Shown piece by piece: positions 20,060 through 28,469 of a stretch of 64,000 bases of DNA; position 1 is the first letter of the stretch, and every line of letters begins with the position of its first letter. The notes under the pieces were generated by a model, which did not search any database, was not told where the DNA came from, and was given only the letters and a program-made list of their open reading frames with translations. Position numbers and translations under genes: made by a program. Source of the stretch: Nitrosopumilus sp. (lineage in GTDB: Archaea > Thermoproteota > Nitrososphaeria > Nitrososphaerales > Nitrosopumilaceae); contig OZ242220.1 in the NCBI GenBank assembly GCA_965206745.1, positions 768,001 to 832,000 of the forward strand, read 5' to 3'.

Positions 20060-20815
20060 TATTTTTGTAATTTATCTTTTATCTTCAAGTTTAATTTCCT
20101 GCCATACTTTTAAATTTTGGATCTGGTATTTTCCAAACCTTCGTACACTTCAATATGTGGAATCTGATAAATATGATTCCTCCAAAATGTCCGGTTTGAA
20201 TTATAGTTGGGGAATATGACTATTCTTTCAAGTATGTCCGGTGAACCATTTAATTTAAAAAACAAACCCGATATGCCTCAAATGGATACATTACACGCAG
20301 GAATAAAATAAGATGAAGGTTCAAGAACAGTTTTCAGTCCAGGGATTTGTAATGATTGTGGAGGACGGTTTGGGATTACACCTGAAAACTACAAACCATG
20401 ACGATCTTAATGACTGAGATATCTACAAACAAAAGTTCTGATTGTGCTCCCAAAATAACCAAAAAAATCTGATTTTTCAGACATTTGGTTCTATTGGGAA
20501 AGGTGGAGTATCTTATGAACTCGTTGATATTGACCCAGAATATTGGTTAAGGCCCCCCATCTGATCACTGGAACAATTCAAGGATCTGCTAGTTTATCAA
20601 ATTCCGGCAGACATCAAGAAATCACAGTTTAGATCATGTTCACAGGCAACCGCAACACCCAGTTCATTGGCGTATATTCAGGCAGATCTTCTTGACTGTC
20701 CTAGAATGGCTGCCTGATGTGTGGTTTTCTCACATACTTGGAACATTCTTTCTCATTTTTGGTTAATATTCAAACAAGGCTTAATAATGCGGATAACTCT
20801 ATCTATGTAGAACGA

Positions 20816-21124
20816 ATGGCAGTAATTTGTAATACTTGTGGTCTTCCAGAAGATTTGTGTGCTTGTGGTGAGCTTGCCAAAGATAGCACTAAAATTATCA
20901 TTAGGTTAGAGACGCGACGTTTTAAGAAAAAAGGCACAATGATTGAAGGCTTGGATCCTAAACTAAATAATCTGGAAACTGTCGCAAAAGAACTCAAAAA
21001 CAAATATGCGTGTGGTGGAACTGCAAAGGAAGGCTATATCTTCTTACAGGGTGATCATAGGGATACAATCAAAGACACTTTGATTAACTTGGGGTTTGCA
21101 GAAGATACCATAGAATTACACTAG
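20816..21124 (+). CDS. sui1: Translation initiation factor aIF1 (SUI1 family)
   Basis: CNTCGLPEDLCAC, ELKNKYACGGT, LQGDHR; ATG at 20816. Confidence 0.93.
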   Translation: MAVICNTCGLPEDLCACGELAKDSTKIIIRLETRRFKKKGTMIEGLDPKLNNLETVAKELKNKYACGGTAKEGYIFLQGDHRDTIKDTLINLGFAEDTIELH

Positions 21125-21130
21125 AGCAAA

Positions 21131-22120
21131 TTGCCAAATTCAAACAAATTACTCCAATCTATTGGTGTTCCACACACTGCAATTCTTTCTGTAATTTTTG
21201 GCTTGCTGTTAGTTTCATTCCCTATCGGAATCTATGTTTTTTTCGAAACTGATCTTGGCAACGATATTAATTTCGAATATCCTTTAACGCATCTTGATCT
21301 TTTTGAGGGAACAGAACTATACCAAACCCCATGTGATGTTAGTGTGGGTGATGTTTTTACTGTCCTGTGGATTTTCTATCTTGTGATTTTTGTAATTGCT
21401 ATCCTGGGACCACGACATGACTTTCTCAAGGCCATGTACCCGATAATCTCCTTTGGAAGATATGATATGCAAGTAAATTACATGATTGGAATTACAAAGT
21501 GGTTTTCAATCTTAATTTTGGCTTCAGCTTTGATAAATTTTGTTCAAGAGGGAATTGGCATTGCGATTGTACCCCCTCATGCAGATAATGACCTTATCCA
21601 ATTTTTTTATGTCAGTCTGGCCCCTTTGATTGAAGAATTTGGATTTCGTTTGATTTTGATAGGCATTCCATTATTTGCTCTTTATTCCACAAAGCCATCT
21701 ATACGATATTTTGTTAGATGTTTGTGGCGGCCTGATACTTTGGATATTGTTGATCGAAAAAAAGCTCTTTTTTTGATAATTTTTGTAGGCGTTCTTTTCG
21801 GGTTTGCACACATTGCATTTGGTGACTCTTGGAGTGGCGGGAAATTCACCCAGGCCGCTGTAAGCGGAATAATTCTAGGTTGGGTGTATCTCAGATATGG
21901 CTTTGTCGTCTCTCTTCTGATTCATTGGGCTACCAATTATTTTATATTCTCATATGTCTATTTTATTTCTCAGATAAATGCAATTTCGATTGAAGAGGCG
22001 TTTTCACATTCACTAATCTCTTCATTGGAGATTTTATTGTTGATTGCAGGCATATTCTCTATTGCTATCTTGCTTGCAAGTAGATTTTATTCCAGAAAAG
22101 AACCCACGTTAGAGATTTAG
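21131..22120 (+). CDS. CPBP (Abi/CAAX type II) intramembrane metalloprotease
   Basis: APLIEEFGFR, FGFAH, IHWATN motifs; multi-TM. Confidence 0.88.
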   Translation: MPNSNKLLQSIGVPHTAILSVIFGLLLVSFPIGIYVFFETDLGNDINFEYPLTHLDLFEGTELYQTPCDVSVGDVFTVLWIFYLVIFVIAILGPRHDFLKAMYPIISFGRYDMQVNYMIGITKWFSILILASALINFVQEGIGIAIVPPHADNDLIQFFYVSLAPLIEEFGFRLILIGIPLFALYSTKPSIRYFVRCLWRPDTLDIVDRKKALFLIIFVGVLFGFAHIAFGDSWSGGKFTQAAVSGIILGWVYLRYGFVVSLLIHWATNYFIFSYVYFISQINAISIEEAFSHSLISSLEILLLIAGIFSIAILLASRFYSRKEPTLEI

Positions 22121-23017
22121 GGCTACCTTCAACCCCTTGTATCTGTTTCTGATTGTAACCTCCGTTACTCCTGCAGCATCTGCCACATCCCGCTGAGTCT
22201 TGTTTTCTCCATTTGTGACACATGCTACATAAAGTGCAGCCGCTGCCAACCCCATTGGATCCTTGCCTGCTGAAATTTTTTGCTCTTCGGCAGTCTGTAG
22301 AATCTTTGTTGCCTTTCTTTTTGTCTTTTCAGACAATCCTGCCTTGCTTGCAATTCTTGAAATACATTTTATCGGATCCACTACTGGCATCTTTAAATTC
22401 AACTCTCTTAGCAGTAATCGATAGCATCTTGCAATATCTTTACGTTTAATGTTGCTTGCCTGACCTATGTCTTTTAGGGTTCTGGGCGTCTCTGTATCCC
22501 TACATGCAGCGTAAAGTGCCGATGCAATCAATGCTGAGATGGAACGTCCTCTGACCAATCCTTTCTCTAGGGCTTTCCTGTAAATGTAAGCTGCTTTTTC
22601 AACAACTGAATCCCCTATTGCCAGTTTGTCTTTTAACCTGTCCAACTCGCTAAATGCCTGTCTAAAGTTTCTGTCCACTGGTTCATGAACTTGGCTTCTG
22701 CTGTCCCAAGTTCTCAGTCTTTCAATGGTGCTTTTCATTGCCGCAGTTAATGGCTTGCCTGTTGCATCCCTATTTTGTGGATTAATCACTGTGGCCAAAC
22801 CCATGTCGTGCATGGCAAGTGATGTTGGAATTCCTGCCCTGCTTTTGTTTTCACCCTCATTTGAAAATGACCTCCATTCTGGTCCTGATTCTTCTACTTT
22901 GTCAGTAATTACAAAACCACATTTACCACAAAAATTTTCGCCCGTATTGGTATCTGTTACTAGGGCACCTTTGCCACATCGGGGGCATTTGTCTTTCGGA
23001 TTTGCCGTCTCAACCAT
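22109..23017 (-). CDS. tfb: Transcription initiation factor IIB
   Basis: CPRC...CGKCG Zn ribbon, GPEWRSF, two cyclin repeats, GVTEVTIRNRY. Confidence 0.97.
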   Translation of the reverse strand: MVETANPKDKCPRCGKGALVTDTNTGENFCGKCGFVITDKVEESGPEWRSFSNEGENKSRAGIPTSLAMHDMGLATVINPQNRDATGKPLTAAMKSTIERLRTWDSRSQVHEPVDRNFRQAFSELDRLKDKLAIGDSVVEKAAYIYRKALEKGLVRGRSISALIASALYAACRDTETPRTLKDIGQASNIKRKDIARCYRLLLRELNLKMPVVDPIKCISRIASKAGLSEKTKRKATKILQTAEEQKISAGKDPMGLAAAALYVACVTNGENKTQRDVADAAGVTEVTIRNRYKGLKVALNL

Positions 23018-23094
23018 TTTTACCCTCAAAACTTTTAAACATGATATTTAAGACTTTATTACTCATTACTTATAAATATGTTGGTGATCTTAAA

Positions 23095-23184
23095 ATATGA
23101 TGTCAGATTTTCAAAAAACTAGGCATAAAAATATTTTCGGTGATATTGACTCATATCTACTAAAAGACAGAGATAACCTCATAC
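23095..23184 (+). repeat. Dispersed ~90-bp TIR element, copy B
   Basis: ATATGATGTCAGATTTTCAAAAAACTAGGC...TAACCTCATAC; about 72/91 positions match the reverse complement of 34153-34243 (hand alignment). Confidence 0.85.
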
Positions 23185-23749
23185 GAACTGGTGCAGAGAA
23201 AGTATGAGGCATACAACCAGTTCACAACTTGATTCTGCAAGATACACTAGCAAAGGCGCAACGCAGGATGGGTGATAATTTTATATCTAGTTCAAATCGT
23301 GACTTTCAATCCTCCAAAAGTTTGTCCTTCTCTGATCTCTAGTATTGGGAATCTGGACCTTCCTCTGTCATGCCGATGAACACTACGACACAATATGCTC
23401 AAAGAACAATACTGTCATAATGAATCTGACTCATCGGTAATATGATAAAAAAACTCGATCTGAACTTCTCTAACCGTCATAATTTACAGTGTGACTTGAC
23501 ATGATTGCTGTATTACTGCTGACCTTGTGTAAAAATTACATGTGTGCAAGACGGCAGTGATGGAGGAAGACATCCGTGCAAAGGACCATCGAGACCACAC
23601 TTGTCATAATGATGCTTGGCATCGTGATGACGGATTTGAGGATCCTAAAGAAAAAACCCTCCTGATAATGGTTACTTAGAGGGATGCGTAATCGGAATTT
23701 ACATATCTCATCTACAAACTGACCTTTTTTTTATGTTACAGTTGATATT

Positions 23750-24388
23750 CTAACTCGATTTTAATATTTTTTCAATTTTTCTTGAAATTTCTGGCTTTTC
23801 ATCTTGTTCTAATAGGAATCTGAGATCCTCGTTATTATCCACATCCCACATTATTCTTTTGACAAAAACCATCGCAACGTTGAGGGTGCGTGTTTTTGCT
23901 GTGTTCATGTGTATTTTGTAACTATCTTCGTCATAGTGAGTCTCCATCAAATCTACTGGCATTCTAGCTAATGCGTTTGTTCCGTCAAACCTTCGAGAGG
24001 GGACAATGATTGCAAAATTTGGATGCATCTTGTAGTTTAACATAAAGTCGATATCCTGGGTTTTGATAAATGGGATGTCTTGAGGCAATACGATTGATGC
24101 ATCGAAATTATTTTCCAAAAGGTACTTGTCTGCTAATGCCACTGCACCATTGACGCTCTCCTCCTTCTCGTCAATGATTGTTACTGTGTTGAATTTTTTC
24201 CCAATCTCAATTGCTTTTTCTTCTTTAGTAACCAATATTGTTTTTTCAATTTGGGGCGATATTGACAGCGTATACAAAATCTCCTCTAACATTACTATGC
24301 ACAGCTCCTCGACCTGCTGTGGTGATAAATCTAGACGTGTCTTTGCTTTTGAGAACGTCTTTACTGGGATAATTGCGGCTATTTTCAA
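23750..24388 (-). CDS. cofC: 2-phospho-L-lactate/PEP guanylyltransferase (F420 biosynthesis)
   Basis: IIPVK..SKAKTRL, DIP, DGTNAL, DVD; follows cofD. Confidence 0.93.
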   Translation of the reverse strand: MKIAAIIPVKTFSKAKTRLDLSPQQVEELCIVMLEEILYTLSISPQIEKTILVTKEEKAIEIGKKFNTVTIIDEKEESVNGAVALADKYLLENNFDASIVLPQDIPFIKTQDIDFMLNYKMHPNFAIIVPSRRFDGTNALARMPVDLMETHYDEDSYKIHMNTAKTRTLNVAMVFVKRIMWDVDNNEDLRFLLEQDEKPEISRKIEKILKSS

Positions 24389-24389
24389 A

Positions 24390-25310
24390 TTACACGTGCA
24401 CTTGTTTTAAAATGAAATTTCCTAATGCGTCTTCAGCTATTTTATTTTTCATGGTAATTTTTGTTTCAAAAACTTTCATATCCAGACTTTGAATTTTCTT
24501 TGCTAACACCTTGTCCTTTGTATCGACAATTATGTTTGAACATACGTCCGAATACATCTTTGCTAATCCGTAAGCGTTTGACTCTATTCCTGCCGCTTGC
24601 ATGTATTTTGCTGCAGGACCGCTGATGGCCTTCTCTCCAATTAATGGACTGATAGCTATGACTTTTTTCTTTATTTTTGATAGTTCTTTCCTGATCCCTT
24701 TGATTTGCAGCATTGGCCCTATCGATGTCAGAGGATTTCCTGGTGCTAGAATTACCATGTCTGCATCATGAATTGCATTGATTGCCTCAGGGTTTGGACG
24801 AGCTTTGTCTGCCCCGATATACTGGATTCCTTCTACTGGATCCTTTCCTCTGTGCTTGACCCAATATTCCTGTAAATGTAACTCTCCCTTGTCCGTAGTA
24901 ATTCTTGTTTCAATGCTGTTATCTGTAACTGGTATGATGTTTGCACTCACTGCAAATTTTTCACACATCCATTTTGTAATGTCACTTAGATTTTTTCCGT
25001 TTTTCAACATGTTTGTTCTGATCAAATGTGTTGCGGCATCTCGGTCTCCCACTCTGAACCAGGTCTCTTCGCCGAAGACTTCCATCTGACGCAGAAAATT
25101 AAATGTGTCTTTTTTCATTCCCCACCCCCTTTCCTGATCAAGCAGATCTGCCAATCCGTATACTATGGTGTCAATATCTGGACAAACGTATAATCCGTAT
25201 AGCCAGTAATTGTCTCCTACGTTGCTGATGACATTGACTTTGGATTCTTGTGCAACTAGTCCTCTGACCAATTTCACTGAACCTGTTCCCCCTGCTAAGA
25301 CTGTAATCAT
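24390..25310 (-). CDS. cofD: 2-phospho-L-lactate transferase (F420 biosynthesis)
   Basis: LAGGTGS, CPDIDT, GDRDAATH, LQEYWV, PGNPLTSIGP, SGPA. Confidence 0.95.
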   Translation of the reverse strand: MITVLAGGTGSVKLVRGLVAQESKVNVISNVGDNYWLYGLYVCPDIDTIVYGLADLLDQERGWGMKKDTFNFLRQMEVFGEETWFRVGDRDAATHLIRTNMLKNGKNLSDITKWMCEKFAVSANIIPVTDNSIETRITTDKGELHLQEYWVKHRGKDPVEGIQYIGADKARPNPEAINAIHDADMVILAPGNPLTSIGPMLQIKGIRKELSKIKKKVIAISPLIGEKAISGPAAKYMQAAGIESNAYGLAKMYSDVCSNIIVDTKDKVLAKKIQSLDMKVFETKITMKNKIAEDALGNFILKQVHV

Positions 25311-25413
25311 ATCATACCTCTAAAACTGAATTATCTGGTATTGTTACTCAATATTACTTTTTCAAATAATTAACCGATCTAGTTATTTAGGATAAGTTTA
25401 TTACTGTAATTTC

Positions 25414-26790
25414 ATGATTTTATACGTGTCTCGGGCTGTAATGCTGTCTGTTTTGCTGGCAACTCTTATTGTTGTAGGTACTAGTACGCCAGTTTGGGCA
25501 GCCCAATTAGATGCTCAAATCAATCCTAAATCTGAATCATCTCCATTTAAAATAACTTATCTAAAAACCATCTTTATTGAATATCCAGAAGGCGGGGATC
25601 TTTTTGATGAATTACAGGGAAAAGAATGGACCATCTCTGGGACTGCCGATTTCTCTAATTCTGGGGTTCAAACGCTTGTAAATGAACTAAATCGCGGTAT
25701 TGCCAATGATGGCAGTCAAGCACAAATCAGTGACTTGAATGTGTCCTATGATTTTCATCTCAAAGCAAGAAACATTGCCACTTCCATTGACTATCGTGTA
25801 CTTTTAGATGGCACTTTGAGTAATTATATCATTACAGATGATGGCCAAAAGACATTAGTTGATTTGGGTTGGAGAGGACTAACAACTGACAAGCAAATTA
25901 TTATTGACGGACACGAAATTAACATTCCCCTTGGCATATTGAAAGAACAAGAACCTCAAGTTTACGCTTATTTTGCTGGCACTGAGGCTGAAAACGTTTT
26001 AGGCAAACACCTCATTGACGCTGATTTTATTTTAGAACAACCCATACCTAATTGGCACTTTTTGTTTGATCCTACTGGAATCAACGTGGATGCTGCAACC
26101 TTTGGATTAAATGAGGAAATCGCTGGTTCTGTAATATCCAAATGGACCATGGGTGAAAGTAGTTTCCGAGAAGGAATACAAACTGAAAGAGTCCTTGAAG
26201 CCGAAATTATTGCCGACAAAACATACTCTGTTAGAAGTGTTCAATCCACTGATCAGGCTACCTTGTCTGCAATCGGATTTGGCGCTTCAGATGTTTTAGA
26301 TGGCGTTGAAATTATTGGCGTTACTCCCAAACCTCCTCCAGATTATGGATCTACCTCGACTGGTAGTTTCCCCGTCCAGATTATTTACGGTATGGCCGGA
26401 ATTGCCGCAGTTGCAGGAATTGCATTTTTCTTCATTAGTAGCAGATCCCTGAAAAATGAATTGCAAGGACAACAAGGAATTGATCCAAATCGACTAGTTG
26501 GATATCAAACCAGTGCTTCTTCTGGCGGATACCAGACCAATAGGGGCGAAGCACACCTAAAAGACGATGCTGATTATCAACAAACCCGAACTGTCTATGA
26601 GGAGACTTCTCAACAAAGTCCTCCCCCTCAGGCAACTGTCTCTTCTCAAGATGAGGCCGCATGTGGCTGTGCAGCATCTGCTGAGATGGGCTCTGAATGT
26701 GATTGTGCAATGCAAAGTGCATGTCTTTGCGATGGAACCTGCAAATGTGGAGCAGATATCTGTAAAGATCAAGTCCACTCTATGAGTTGA
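25414..26790 (+). CDS. Exported single-TM membrane protein with Cys-rich C-terminal tail
   Basis: Signal peptide, acidic ectodomain, TM IIYGMAGIAAVAGIAFFFI, tail with four CxC motifs. Confidence 0.85.
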   Translation: MILYVSRAVMLSVLLATLIVVGTSTPVWAAQLDAQINPKSESSPFKITYLKTIFIEYPEGGDLFDELQGKEWTISGTADFSNSGVQTLVNELNRGIANDGSQAQISDLNVSYDFHLKARNIATSIDYRVLLDGTLSNYIITDDGQKTLVDLGWRGLTTDKQIIIDGHEINIPLGILKEQEPQVYAYFAGTEAENVLGKHLIDADFILEQPIPNWHFLFDPTGINVDAATFGLNEEIAGSVISKWTMGESSFREGIQTERVLEAEIIADKTYSVRSVQSTDQATLSAIGFGASDVLDGVEIIGVTPKPPPDYGSTSTGSFPVQIIYGMAGIAAVAGIAFFFISSRSLKNELQGQQGIDPNRLVGYQTSASSGGYQTNRGEAHLKDDADYQQTRTVYEETSQQSPPPQATVSSQDEAACGCAASAEMGSECDCAMQSACLCDGTCKCGADICKDQVHSMS

Positions 26791-27042
26791 TTATAACCCT
26801 CTATTCTTCATTCCAACAAAGTATGCATTTGATGTTTTTGTAAACAAATGATTTTGGTGCCTGAAAATGCCTGAAGTTTTACTTGATTTGTAATGGTTTG
26901 GAAAAAAATTTGGGATTTTACAGGCAAAAAAATTACATCTTGATCATTTACTTTTGGTTTTTCAAGCATGGATGACAAAGTTTTAGAAAAAGATTTCAAA
27001 CAATTTTTATTTTGAAATTTTAGATTTATTTATTAAAAAATT

Positions 27043-27325
27043 ATGTGTGCTGGGAGTAACCCTCCTTCTGTTTTCACGATATTTCGCTTTGCAGCCTACC
27101 TGAACCTATTACAGGAACTTTGAGTTCTGTTTGGCTTTGCTCCATGTGGGTCGTCTTTTTCATTCCTTTTATGGAAACCTCAGGTTTTGCCATCATTGTG
27201 CGCCATATTGGATTATTTTCTGCTCCGTTGCCAACCATCTCTGATTATCTATCTCCAGATCACATTTCCTGTTTGGAGGGAGGAGTTTCCTCTGCCGTAG
27301 CAGCGTGTCGTGCTCCAGCTCACAT
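27043..27325 (-). ncRNA. rnpB: RNase P RNA
   Basis: Minus strand carries GAGGAAACTCC and AACAGAAGGAGGGTTA (P4 pseudoknot halves); P1 ends ATGTGAGCTGG / CCAGCACACAT; followed by a T-tract. Confidence 0.95.
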
Positions 27326-27356
27326 GAATATGCTAATTGGTCATGTCATTTGAATA

Positions 27357-27983
27357 TTACCTAGGCTTTGTGCCTGTGATAAACAATGTGCCATGTTCTC
27401 TTTTCCATTTTTTCTTATTTTTCAAATCCTTGATCTGTTTTGTTTTGACATTAAAACCAGTATTCTTGAAAAATTCTCTCCATTCTTTTTTTGAATGCAG
27501 ATGCATCTGAATTTTCATAATTTTGGACCATTTGGCAGTTGCTTTGTTGTCTGAATAAAAATCCGTACCGCAGAAAAACTGTCCTCCCGGTTTTAATAAT
27601 TTGTATATTTTTTCAAGTGCGATCTTGATTGAATCCGCATAGTATAGTGACTCCATCGAAAAAACAAAGTCAAATTTACCTTTGTAACCCATTGATTCAA
27701 TATCTGTGTGGATGTATTCTTCTTTTTTGCCACCTGTCTTTTTCTTGGATTGAATAATCATTTTTTTGCTTTTATCAATACCTATTGCCCTTTTGCAGTT
27801 TTTCTCTTTAGCAATTCTTCTTATCACCCATCCGTTACCACATCCGACATCTAGAAATGCAAATGGCTTATCAAACGGTATGGTTTTTAAAAATCTCAAG
27901 ACATTAGTTCCGTGCTCTGTCTCCATCAGTTCGGCCCTTCCGTTTTGGGCCCATGCATCAAAAGTTTTTGTGACCTTGTCCAT
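27357..27983 (-). CDS. Class I SAM-dependent methyltransferase
   Basis: LDVGCGNG, GIDKS, LKPGG. Confidence 0.9.
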   Translation of the reverse strand: MDKVTKTFDAWAQNGRAELMETEHGTNVLRFLKTIPFDKPFAFLDVGCGNGWVIRRIAKEKNCKRAIGIDKSKKMIIQSKKKTGGKKEEYIHTDIESMGYKGKFDFVFSMESLYYADSIKIALEKIYKLLKPGGQFFCGTDFYSDNKATAKWSKIMKIQMHLHSKKEWREFFKNTGFNVKTKQIKDLKNKKKWKREHGTLFITGTKPR

Positions 27984-28332
27984 GTTGGATTGATCACTTT
28001 ATTTCAATTATAATCTTCGCGTTACTGATCATCGGGACGAATAATTCCTTTGTGGCTTATATGTCTGATTTTCAAATGTCTGGTTTGATTAGAATTGCCT
28101 GGCAAGTATTACAGAAACTGATAATAAATTGTCAGATAATGCCAAACATTTTTCCTGTTTAAAACTTGATGGAATGATTCGCAGTAAATAATCAGCAATC
28201 ACCTCGTGCAATTTCATCGAGTCTGTTTGCTTTATCAGATCTACCATCCATCATACTAAAAATTAAACCTGGCAATTATTTTGCAGTAATTACTATTGGC
28301 CTATTTTGCAAAAGATATTCATCATATTACCC

Positions 28333-28421
28333 GTATGAGATCTGCAATTTAAAATAGCCATAAAGATATTTTCAACAAATGCCGATTCACGCTTGATCAA
28401 AAGGCATGGATTTTCTCATAC
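28333..28421 (+). repeat. Dispersed ~90-bp TIR element, copy C
   Basis: GTATGAGA...GATATTTTC...AAAAGGCATGGATTTTCTCATAC; 8-bp terminal inverted repeat. Confidence 0.8.
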
Positions 28422-28469
28422 TATCATACATGCTCAAGTTTTAAGTACTACGAGCATCGATTTGAATTC

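Noticed and set aside
27120-27353. 77-aa plus-strand ORF
   Set aside because: Antisense to the RNase P RNA gene.
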